This document shows, one piece after another, positions 1 to 7,900 of a DNA stretch of 12,494 bases. The translations under genes and the position numbers were made by a program. The number at the start of each line of letters is the position of its first letter. Position 1 is the first letter of the stretch. Where the stretch lies: positions 1-12,494 of the forward strand of contig JBHIAE010000073.1 of the NCBI GenBank assembly GCA_046758445.1. The letters are read 5' to 3'. A model generated the notes under the pieces. It was given only the letters and a program-made list of their open reading frames with translations, was not told the origin of the DNA and made no database searches. Source of the stretch: Candidatus Thorarchaeota archaeon (lineage in GTDB: Archaea > Asgardarchaeota > Thorarchaeia > Thorarchaeales > Thorarchaeaceae).

Positions 1-993
1 TGGAAGAAGTATGGTGTTCTCTCCAGGATTTCCAAAGATGAGCTGTCTGCGGGAGCCCGCGTAGAGGTTGATGAGAAGAAGCAAGATCCGCGTGACTTTG
101 CACTCTGGAAAGCCGAAAAGCCAGGAGAACCATCTTGGGAAAGTCCGTGGGGCAAGGGGAGACCTGGCTGGCATGCTGAGTGCTCAGTTATGGGGAAGCA
201 CTATCTCGGCATCCCGTTCGACATCCATGGTGGTGGGCAAGACCTGATATTCCCACATCACGAGAACGAGATAGCTCAGTCAGCGGCCGCATATGGCATT
301 GACACACCTGTCAAGTACTGGTTGCATAATGGTTTCCTTACCCTCGACGCTGAGAAGATGTCCAAGTCTGAAGGGAATATGTTCACTGCCCGAGAGGTGC
401 TTGACAAGTACGACTATCAGGCCGTTCGGCTGTACCTCGTGTCCGGGCAGTACCGTCAGCCATTAGACTACAATGATGATGCTCTCAAACAGGCTACTCA
501 ATCAGTTGAGAGAATCAAGAACGCGGCTGACAACGTTCGGGGAAGAATCTCAATTCTTGAGAAGACCGGTAGTAGAGAATCGGAAGCCGACAAGAAGCTG
601 TCAAAGGCAACCCAGAAAGTCAGAGCCGGTTTCGAGAAGGAGATGGACGACGATTTCAACACACCCGGAGCTCTTGCCGAGGTCTTCACATTTGTTAGAG
701 AAATGAACACTCTGACGAACGATGTGGGAGGAGCAGCCGTACTAAGAGAGGCTCTGGCCACTCTTGTGGAGTTGATGGGCATATTGGGAATAGATCTTGC
801 TGCGAAGGAGTTGGAAGATTCTGGTGTGGCTGCCGAAGCGCTGAAAGGTGTCGTGGAGTTTCTGCTGGAACTCCGTGAAGAGGCGAGGAAGGCCAAAGAC
901 TTCGCCACGTCGGACAGAATCCGGGATAGACTAGGTGAGATAGGAATCATCGTTACCGATACGAAGGATGGTCCAACCTGGAAGATAGGCTAG
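1..993 (+). CDS. cysS: Cysteinyl-tRNA synthetase (5'-truncated by window edge)
   Basis: Frame 1 is open from base 1: ...DFALWK...SPWGKGRPGWHAECSVM, then DIHGGGQDLIFPHHENEIAQS, KMSKS, MDDDFNTP and SDRIRDRL. These are hallmark CysRS motifs. The ATG at 190 is internal. Confidence 0.98.
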   Translation, partial: WKKYGVLSRISKDELSAGARVEVDEKKQDPRDFALWKAEKPGEPSWESPWGKGRPGWHAECSVMGKHYLGIPFDIHGGGQDLIFPHHENEIAQSAAAYGIDTPVKYWLHNGFLTLDAEKMSKSEGNMFTAREVLDKYDYQAVRLYLVSGQYRQPLDYNDDALKQATQSVERIKNAADNVRGRISILEKTGSRESEADKKLSKATQKVRAGFEKEMDDDFNTPGALAEVFTFVREMNTLTNDVGGAAVLREALATLVELMGILGIDLAAKELEDSGVAAEALKGVVEFLLELREEARKAKDFATSDRIRDRLGEIGIIVTDTKDGPTWKIG

Positions 994-1122
994 GCAGGAC
1001 CCACACTATTTTCAGAACCAGAACCTGCTCCTGAGGTCCTAGCCACAGGCTCGAGCCACTTGCTGAGGTACTAGGGCTTAATAACGCTACAACGAACTGA
1101 TGCCTAGGTAAGGTGCATAGCG

Positions 1123-1482
1123 GTGCGGCTCACGTGGGTCAGAAGGAAGTTGTCTAGTAGGTCCCTTGTGTTGAGGATCCTAGTCGGCTCTCTCTTCCTC
1201 TATTTGCTATGGATGTTTCCTTACACCCTTGCTATGATGGGTGACTGGGGCAGCGTGGTGATGTGGACCAGTGCGCCCGCTGGATCTCTATTTCCCTTTC
1301 CAACCATGCCAGGTCCATTGATGATGCTAGTTCCAGCGAATGAGGTTGATTCGTTCATCTATCTATACGTATTCAAGACCTGGTTATGGTTGATCTATGG
1401 TGCGTTTGCGGGCCCTTATGCCCTCTCGCCATATAGACCTAGTACCAAGCCTGAGAGTCAAGCTATTTGGGACGATTCTTGA
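1123..1482 (+). CDS. Small hypothetical membrane protein
   Basis: 119-aa ORF with a basic N-terminus and 2-3 hydrophobic segments. TATA-like CTTAATAA at 1077-1084. Its 3' end overlaps the convergent LarA gene by 20 nt. Confidence 0.65.
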   Translation: MRLTWVRRKLSSRSLVLRILVGSLFLYLLWMFPYTLAMMGDWGSVVMWTSAPAGSLFPFPTMPGPLMMLVPANEVDSFIYLYVFKTWLWLIYGAFAGPYALSPYRPSTKPESQAIWDDS

Positions 1483-2854
1483 CATCCACCAGCAGTCCTG
1501 CGTCAGGAAGCACATACACCCTCGGACTGGGAATGTCTGGGTTATCGCGGATGAACCTATCAACTAGCTCGCGCATAATCCTCTGAGCGTCACCGGGATT
1601 TTCAGGGTTGATCCCCTCCATCCTGTAAACATCCCAGAGCTCTTTCGGATCTAGTTGCGTTACGACCTTGATGTTGTGCTCAGCAACATCCAGGAATATC
1701 CTAAACAGGTCCGGAGGCTTTTGATTGCCGATCTTGAAGGTCTCTTCGGTGCCGTACGTTTGTATTGTGAACTTGAGAGCGTCCTTCACCATCATGTCTT
1801 TGGACGCCATCATAGCCTCTTCATATCCTTCGCTCCCAATACCTTCCTGACATGGAGCCAGCAAGACAATCCAGCCCTTCAAGTCGTGCCGCACAGCATT
1901 CCAGGCGGCATGGATGCCCTTTCCTGCCTGGTAGAGGTTCAGTCCTAACTCACCAACCGACACGAACACAATGTCTCCCGGTTCCTCCACCTCTACGACC
2001 CTCAGTTTCTTCAGTGGTCCAGCCGCTGCCTTGTGACATTCAATGAGGTCACCGGCTTGGAGATAGACAATCTCTCCGTGGTTCACGATTGTATCGACAC
2101 AGAACATAGGGAGCTTCTCTTTGACGTTTGATGCGATCTCAATCATGTCCTCGATGACCGGATTGCCCTCAACATTGCCAAGCCTGCACCCAGGTACAAA
2201 TCCTCGCTCTAAGTCAAACATTCGTGGATGATTCACACGGATCGTTTCTCGTCCTGCAACTCCCGGACAGAAAAGCTTCACAGTGCCTGCCTGTCCAGCG
2301 AAGTAGTGGTACTCAGAATCAGAAAGAGGGATGAGCAATGCTGCGTCCATCACCTGCTCGTCTATGAATATCGGTGTGCCCCTTGATGTTTTGCCAAGCT
2401 CTCGGTTTCCTGCATCACAATCATGAAGCAAGACGTGGTCCTTCCATTCTTGGTGTATCTGAGACCCAAGTATTCTCTTCTCTATTGCTTCAGCACTTGG
2501 CTTCTTGTGTGAACCACTGGCCACTATTATCTTGATGTCCTCTTTTCGAACGCCGATGTCCAGCAATCTCGTGGTAAGACGTGGTAACAAGACTCTCGTG
2601 TGTATGTTGGGACGAGTATTGTCGTCCACGATGAACATTATTGTCCGGCCATGTTCGTAGACTTCCTTCACGAGCTCGTTGAAGGAATTCGATCCGATTG
2701 GGTCTTCCAGCACCTGCTTGAGCTTAGCTTCGAAGTCATCAAAGTCAGGCTTGTACTCCTCAACCTGGAGGACAGTGACATCCTCCAATGTTGTCGGAAT
2801 GAACTCATCTACAAAAGAGGCACCATACTTGATAGGAGTCTTGTAGTAGGACAT
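1463..2854 (-). CDS. larA: Nickel-pincer-dependent lactate racemase family (LarA superfamily) alpha-hydroxyacid racemase/epimerase
   Basis: Motifs DDNTRP, ASGSH, HYFAGQAGTVKLFCPG, NH and NLYQAGKG match the LarA catalytic and cofactor-binding residues. Start placed at ATG 2854 because GGAGGAGG lies 5 nt upstream. Substrate cannot be determined from sequence. Confidence 0.88.
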   Translation of the reverse strand: MSYYKTPIKYGASFVDEFIPTTLEDVTVLQVEEYKPDFDDFEAKLKQVLEDPIGSNSFNELVKEVYEHGRTIMFIVDDNTRPNIHTRVLLPRLTTRLLDIGVRKEDIKIIVASGSHKKPSAEAIEKRILGSQIHQEWKDHVLLHDCDAGNRELGKTSRGTPIFIDEQVMDAALLIPLSDSEYHYFAGQAGTVKLFCPGVAGRETIRVNHPRMFDLERGFVPGCRLGNVEGNPVIEDMIEIASNVKEKLPMFCVDTIVNHGEIVYLQAGDLIECHKAAAGPLKKLRVVEVEEPGDIVFVSVGELGLNLYQAGKGIHAAWNAVRHDLKGWIVLLAPCQEGIGSEGYEEAMMASKDMMVKDALKFTIQTYGTEETFKIGNQKPPDLFRIFLDVAEHNIKVVTQLDPKELWDVYRMEGINPENPGDAQRIMRELVDRFIRDNPDIPSPRVYVLPDAGLLVDVKNRPK

Positions 2855-2936
2855 TTTATCCTCCTCCGTAGACACGTTTCCATCCGCATGTAACGATTAC
2901 GGTACGAAGCGCAAGTAGAACGTCGCAAAGCCGTTT

Positions 2937-2950
2937 AGAAAACTCTTATA
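2937..2950 (+). promoter_or_regulatory. BRE/TATA-like promoter of the feo operon
   Basis: Purine run AGAAAA followed by CTTATA (2945-2950), about 26 nt upstream of the operator palindrome. Confidence 0.55.
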
Positions 2951-2975
2951 TCTGCATGATGTGTCCTCATGGAAT

Positions 2976-2991
2976 GTTAGAGTCCTCTAAC
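2976..2991. promoter_or_regulatory. DtxR/MntR-family metal-responsive operator
   Basis: Perfect inverted repeat GTTAGAG-TC-CTCTAAC (core TTAG-N6-CTAA) at the expected transcription start of feoA. Confidence 0.7.
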
Positions 2992-3036
2992 TTTCAAACG
3001 ATTTAGTTGGATAGACAATTACAGAGAGCGTGTGTC

Positions 3037-3411
3037 ATGTCGGACGAAGTGACGCCCACACTGGATTCACAACAGCTGAAGAGGCTTACAGATGTAAGTC
3101 CAGGCACCAAATGTGTACTCGTTGGAATCGAAGGGCTACGTCCAAGCAGACACTCACCCCGGGAAGGTCGTCACAGAAAACGCAGAGGTCGTCACTCTTC
3201 TCCTGATGAAGACTGCCGCTTCCGTGATTCTCACAGACCGGAAGGCAGAGGGTTGATGAGAAGACTGATGGACCTCGGCATTACGAAAGGATGCGTCTTC
3301 ACAGTCGTTCAAGGGAGAGGCCACGGTCCCGTACTTGTTGAGGTGAGGGGAACAAGAATCGCACTTGGCCACGGAATGGCCAGCCGAATACTTGTCGAGG
3401 AGGTTTCGTAG
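3037..3411 (+). CDS. feoA: Ferrous iron transport protein A with Arg/His-rich insertion
   Basis: LTDVSPGTKCVLVGI...RRLMDLGITKG...GPVLVEVRGTRIALGHGMASRILV is the FeoA SH3-like signature. It lies directly upstream of feoB. ATG 3037 is preferred over TTG 3007. Confidence 0.93.
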   Translation: MSDEVTPTLDSQQLKRLTDVSPGTKCVLVGIEGLRPSRHSPREGRHRKRRGRHSSPDEDCRFRDSHRPEGRGLMRRLMDLGITKGCVFTVVQGRGHGPVLVEVRGTRIALGHGMASRILVEEVS

Positions 3412-3415
3412 TCAG

Positions 3416-4231
3416 GTGAAGATCAAGATTGCTCTAATTGGTAATCCCAACGTAGGCAAGTCTGTGGTCTTCAACAATCTCACAGGCTCCAGACAGCATA
3501 CAGGCAATTGGCCAGGCAAGACTGTAGAACGAAAGGAAGGATACTTTGTGCACGAGGGCTATGAGTTCGAAGTAGTTGATCTGCCTGGCGTCTACAGTCT
3601 CAGTACTCTGTCAGAGGATGAGGAAGTCGCCAGACAGTATCTGATTGACGATCGACCAGATGTTGTAGTCGACATTCTCAATGCGTCTCAACTTGAGAGG
3701 AACCTGTATCTCACACTTCTGCTCCTCGAGATGCAATTGAACCTCGTTGTGGTCTTGAACATGCATGATGTTGTGAAAGCGAGAGGTGACACCATAGATG
3801 TTGACGCCTTATCGAACAGAATCAGAACACCGGTCGTCGTTACCACTGCTACGAGGAAAGAGGGCATGGATGACCTGAAGGACGCCATTCTGAAGGGAAC
3901 TCCCGATCATGTCCTTAGGGACTCGAAGGAGGATGTTGACAAGGCTGACCATGTAGTTGGAGAACCGGACGGAGAAGACCTTCTACACTACCACCCGAGG
4001 CATCATCACCACGGTGAGTATGAAACCTTGGAACCGCCCGCCATCAAGTATAGCAAGAGAGTCGAGGACAAACTAGACCAGATTGTCGCAATAATGAGCG
4101 AGGAGAAAGTGCTCCTCGATAGATTCCCGCCTCGTTGGCTTGCGTTGAGAGTATTGGAACGAGATAACGAGATACTCCTGATGATACAGAACCCTATCAT
4201 TCGAAACAGAGTCTTGGAGGTCTCATTGTGA
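3416..4231 (+). CDS. feoB: FeoB N-terminal cytosolic GTPase/helical domain (split FeoB, part 1)
   Basis: G1 GNPNVGKS, G2 GNWPGKTVE, G3 DLPG, G4 NMHD, plus LERNLYLT. GTG 3416 follows an SD-like GAGGAGGT. No TM segments. Confidence 0.93.
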   Translation: MKIKIALIGNPNVGKSVVFNNLTGSRQHTGNWPGKTVERKEGYFVHEGYEFEVVDLPGVYSLSTLSEDEEVARQYLIDDRPDVVVDILNASQLERNLYLTLLLLEMQLNLVVVLNMHDVVKARGDTIDVDALSNRIRTPVVVTTATRKEGMDDLKDAILKGTPDHVLRDSKEDVDKADHVVGEPDGEDLLHYHPRHHHHGEYETLEPPAIKYSKRVEDKLDQIVAIMSEEKVLLDRFPPRWLALRVLERDNEILLMIQNPIIRNRVLEVSL

Positions 4232-5553
4232 ACACCCCCCGCCAGCTGAGCGAGGAAGAGGTGGAAGCGCCGATTCCAGACGACATTGATGCGCAAATCC
4301 TCTTGGCAGATGAGAGGTACAAGATCATTGGGGACATCCTCTGTGAAGTCTACGAGCCTGGACAAGAGAAATGGATTCTCAGCGACCTTCTTGACAGTGT
4401 CTTTCTTCACCGCTACCTTGGACTGCCCATCTTCCTCGTCATTGTCTGGGCAATGTTTCACTTCACCTTTGCAGCTTCAGAGGTCTTCATGGCCATGATC
4501 GAAGAGGCATTCATATGGCTCGGATCTCTGACCTCCCAGATTCCCGTTCCCTGGTTGGCGTCCCTCCTCACTGACGGCGTGATTGGTGGTTTAGGATTCA
4601 TCCTTGTCTTCGTACCTCCAATCATGTTCATGTATCTGACAATCTCTATTCTTGAGGATAGTGGATACTTAGCGAGAGCTGCGTATGTCATGGATCGTAT
4701 CATGATGAGAATTGGACTTCATGGGAGATCTTTCATTCCGCTGTTGTTGGGCTTCGGATGTAGTGTGCCCGCGATAATGGCTGCGAGAACAGTCGATGGG
4801 CAGGAGAATCGGCTGACAACAATCATGGTGACACCCCTCATGTCCTGTGCAGCAAGGCTCCCGGTCTACGTCGTAATTGCCGGAGTCTTCTTTCCGGCGT
4901 TTGCAGGAACCATGGTCTTCGTGATGTATATTCTGGGCATAGTGATGGCTGTGACTATGGCCCTCCTATTCAAGAAGACCCTGTTCAGAGAAGAAGCAAC
5001 ACCACTCATCATGGAGCTTCCCACATATCAGACTCCAACAATTCATGGCTCCCTCAGACATGCTTGGGATCGAGGCTACTTGTTCCTCAGAAAGGCTGGC
5101 ACCTATCTTCTGGCCGGTGCCATCGTTCTGTGGTTCTTGTCGTCGATGGGACCGGGAGGTTTCGGTGTCCCTGTTGACGACTCATTCATCGCAGCCATTG
5201 GGAATCTTGGTGCTCCTCTCTTTTCACCACAAGGCTTCCCCTGGCAGATTGTCGCTGCGTTGATCTTTGGCCTTCTTGCAAAGGAGGTAGTTGTTGAGTC
5301 ACTCGGAATCATCTTCTCAGCACAGGGCGAGGCCGCTGTCGCCACAGCTCTTGCAGCTAGTCTGACTCCATTGTCTGCCTTTGCTCTGATGGTATTCGTC
5401 TTGCTCTATACTCCGTGTATTGCCACTGTGGGTACTATTAGAACTGAAACCGGATCTTGGAAATGGGCGGGTGTGTCAGTTGCGTATCAGCTTGTCCTCG
5501 CGTATCTTGTTTCACTGCTCGTGGTGCTTGCGGGAGGTCTGTTCATTGGCTAA
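4228..5553 (+). CDS. feoB: FeoB membrane domain (split FeoB, part 2)
   Basis: LADERY linker, LEDSGYLARAA, GFGCSVPA, MSCAARLP, MELP and LYTPCIAT gate motifs. The GTG start overlaps the upstream TGA (GTGA) and is preceded by GGAGGT. Confidence 0.95.
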   Translation: MNTPRQLSEEEVEAPIPDDIDAQILLADERYKIIGDILCEVYEPGQEKWILSDLLDSVFLHRYLGLPIFLVIVWAMFHFTFAASEVFMAMIEEAFIWLGSLTSQIPVPWLASLLTDGVIGGLGFILVFVPPIMFMYLTISILEDSGYLARAAYVMDRIMMRIGLHGRSFIPLLLGFGCSVPAIMAARTVDGQENRLTTIMVTPLMSCAARLPVYVVIAGVFFPAFAGTMVFVMYILGIVMAVTMALLFKKTLFREEATPLIMELPTYQTPTIHGSLRHAWDRGYLFLRKAGTYLLAGAIVLWFLSSMGPGGFGVPVDDSFIAAIGNLGAPLFSPQGFPWQIVAALIFGLLAKEVVVESLGIIFSAQGEAAVATALAASLTPLSAFALMVFVLLYTPCIATVGTIRTETGSWKWAGVSVAYQLVLAYLVSLLVVLAGGLFIG

Positions 5554-6004
5554 AGAGAACAATACTCCTAGCTGGCCAGTGTTGTTGGCGCTTGGAGAGG
5601 GACTGCTCTATCTTACAGTCGGCCTCATCTGGCTCCTCTCAAGCATTGGAGTTGCCATTCTGGATATGGGCACACCTGATCCGATTGCGGCACTGGTGAT
5701 GATGATCGTGTCAGTGACACTCCTCGCAGGGACCAGACCTTTGCGCAGGAATGAGAAGGAAGGATATGCCTTCCTAATTGTTGGCCTGTTTCTTGCGGGC
5801 ATTCTGTTCCTTCTCGAGGTCATAATCATCAGTACAAACCTGCTAGGCTGGATTCTGCACCTAGATGGCTGGACTGAATGGCAACTGTCCAGCTCATTGG
5901 TACCTCCAGTGTGGCTGTTCTTGATAACCATCGGAGTCCTTGGTGTACTTCGTGTGACAGGAAAGACAGAGGGGATGTGGAGTCTTCTGCCCCCGGGAGT
6001 GTAA
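5546..6004 (+). CDS. Uncharacterised 4-TM membrane protein inside the feo operon
   Basis: TTG 5546 follows GGAGGT (5533-5538) and overlaps the feoB stop. The 152-aa product has four hydrophobic helices and ends 4 nt before feoC. Confidence 0.8.
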   Translation: MAKENNTPSWPVLLALGEGLLYLTVGLIWLLSSIGVAILDMGTPDPIAALVMMIVSVTLLAGTRPLRRNEKEGYAFLIVGLFLAGILFLLEVIIISTNLLGWILHLDGWTEWQLSSSLVPPVWLFLITIGVLGVLRVTGKTEGMWSLLPPGV

Positions 6005-6008
6005 TGTC

Positions 6009-6275
6009 ATGTTCAAGAAGATACTCCAGACCATCCTGTCGCGTGGGACCGTTCACAAGAGTGAGCTCGCTAAGGAGGTTGGAGTTCAGACGGCAACACT
6101 TAACGACATGTTTCGAATCTTGTTGGAGAGAGGCTACCTGCGACTTGCTGACTGTGATGTGATTGAGGCTGACCACTGTTCAAGCTGTCCTAGTTCGGCC
6201 GGATGCCACACGGACGACGCTCTCGGAAAAGCCTACTATGTGACTGAGAAAGGAAAGCGATTTGCAGAAGCATGA
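6009..6275 (+). CDS. feoC: FeoC-like winged-helix Fe-S protein
   Basis: 88 aa with a wHTH (ELAKEVGVQTATLNDMFRILLERGYL) and a Cys cluster C-x7-CxxC-x5-C in the wing. Last gene of the feo operon. Confidence 0.85.
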   Translation: MFKKILQTILSRGTVHKSELAKEVGVQTATLNDMFRILLERGYLRLADCDVIEADHCSSCPSSAGCHTDDALGKAYYVTEKGKRFAEA

Positions 6276-6346
6276 ACTGTTCCACATGAAGACTCAACCC
6301 GTTCATTTTATCTCATAGTGGCAATAGTGTCATAAGGGGTGAGCAT

Positions 6347-7135
6347 TTGCCCAAGTCAAATCAGGTAGGAAATGAGGAGTCTGCAACCTCTAATGGAGTC
6401 AAGTCCGTCGCTCTCAAGTTCGTAGATTGTATCAATGCGGGGGACTCCATAGGACTCATGGCACTCCAAACAGAGGATTTCACATTCATCGACTACGATG
6501 GAGATGCTCATCATGGTCGCGATAGTTGGCACAGCTACTTTCGGGATTACCCTGACTATAAGATTCACGTCAGACACCTAATCACCAGTGGAAATGGAGT
6601 GGCCATCATCGGTGACACTACGGGCTGTCATGTCGGGCCTGATGTTGAGAAGAAGTGGACAATACTGTGGACTGCTGAGGCACGCGATGAATCAGTGGCC
6701 AAATGGAGAATCTACTCCGATGTACACGAGGTTAGAGAGAACCTAAGGCTGGAAAAGGCTCCCAAAGAGTATAGAGAGAAAATCGCTGCTGTCAAGTCCA
6801 CTGCATCCGACTTCATAGATTGTATCAATAGAGGTGACTCTGAGGGTCTCATGGCACTCCAGACTGAGGACTTTACACTAATGGACTATGACGGTGGAGT
6901 GTTCCGAGGCCGAGATGGTTGGTACGACTACTTTAGCGAGTGCCCCAACTACATGATCCATGTTAGGCACGTGATCACGAGCGGCAACGGTGTTGCATTG
7001 TTCGGAAGGACTACCGGTTCCCACGTGAGCAGAGAAGCCGAAAACAGAGAAACAATCCTATGGACCGCTGAGATTCGTGACAGACTAGTCGCTGAGTGGC
7101 GACTCTATTCAGATATTCATGAAATAGAAAAGTAG
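6347..7135 (+). CDS. Tandem SnoaL/NTF2-like domain protein
   Basis: Two homologous ~111-aa units with the NTF2/SnoaL pattern (F.DCIN.GD..GLMALQTEDFT...YF...P.Y.IHVRH.ITSGNGVA...WR.YSD). Confidence 0.85.
   Translation: MPKSNQVGNEESATSNGVKSVALKFVDCINAGDSIGLMALQTEDFTFIDYDGDAHHGRDSWHSYFRDYPDYKIHVRHLITSGNGVAIIGDTTGCHVGPDVEKKWTILWTAEARDESVAKWRIYSDVHEVRENLRLEKAPKEYREKIAAVKSTASDFIDCINRGDSEGLMALQTEDFTLMDYDGGVFRGRDGWYDYFSECPNYMIHVRHVITSGNGVALFGRTTGSHVSREAENRETILWTAEIRDRLVAEWRLYSDIHEIEK
6398..7123 (+). repeat. Intragenic domain duplication (6398-6730 and 6791-7123, offset 393 nt)
   Basis: Nucleotide-level similarity is visible, for example tagattgtatcaat and ctcatggcactcca occur in both units. The units are colinear without indels. 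Confidence 0.9.
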
Positions 7136-7309
7136 ACAAGAGGTATTCTGTGCCAATAGGTTCTCTCGTCAGGATCGATTCGGCCTTCAGCCTGTATGTG
7201 TTCCGAAAGTATTGAGTTTCATGCACCGTCTGCATCTCCGTTCAATACAGAAATCGGGCAAGGTTCATATCGAAGGTCGTGAGTAGAGAAAGCGTGATGG
7301 GAAGCAGAC

Positions 7310-7900
7310 ATGAAGAGGTCACTGTTCATAGGACTAGCCGTGCTAGTGGTCATTCCATTCAGTTTCGTTTCCGCAGCTGAGCCTCCAGAACCAAGTCAAC
7401 TTCAGCCACTTGATAACATCGACATTTGGGTAAGCCCAAGTGGTTGGCATCACTTCTGGTGGACTGACCTCGACCGAGATGACACAATCTACTTTGATTT
7501 TAAAGTCACAGAAGGAGGATCAATAGACTTCTTCTTCTGTGACCAGGCAACTTGGAACACATGGTCCTCAGGGGGCTCCGGGCAGGGCAACATGGGAGCC
7601 ACCAACGTAGGCAGCGCGTCGGGCGCTTTCGCCGTGCCTTACTCTGGAACATGGCATCTGGTCTTCTCTAATACTAACCTCCTACTGAGCACACGTGTCG
7701 AAGGGTATGTGGGCCTTATCCCGCAGTGGCTATCCCTCGGAATGGTGGCTGTCGTTCTTCTGGTGGTCATACTTGTGTTTGGTGGAACAGCAGCATGCGC
7801 GTACAAGCACAAGCCATCGCTTGGTTCTCCAGTAAGACACCATCCGGACGAGCCATCTGATCGCTTCTGTTCAGAATGTGGCGCCTTTCTGGAGAGCTGA
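7310..7900 (+). CDS. Secreted single-pass membrane protein with a GOLD/p24-like beta-sandwich ectodomain and a C-terminal CxxC
   Basis: Signal peptide, then FDFKVTEGGSIDFFF...FAVPYSGTWHLVFSN, a TM helix and a terminal FCSECG. The fold call is pattern-based. Confidence 0.75.
   Translation: MKRSLFIGLAVLVVIPFSFVSAAEPPEPSQLQPLDNIDIWVSPSGWHHFWWTDLDRDDTIYFDFKVTEGGSIDFFFCDQATWNTWSSGGSGQGNMGATNVGSASGAFAVPYSGTWHLVFSNTNLLLSTRVEGYVGLIPQWLSLGMVAVVLLVVILVFGGTAACAYKHKPSLGSPVRHHPDEPSDRFCSECGAFLES

Noticed and set aside
2886-2896. 11-mer GCATGTAACGA shared with element copy 2
   Set aside because: No flanking similarity, so it is compatible with chance.
6398-7123. SnoaL repeats as a DGR template/variable repeat pair
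   Set aside because: Both units are in-frame coding, the differences are not adenine-specific, and no reverse transcriptase is present.
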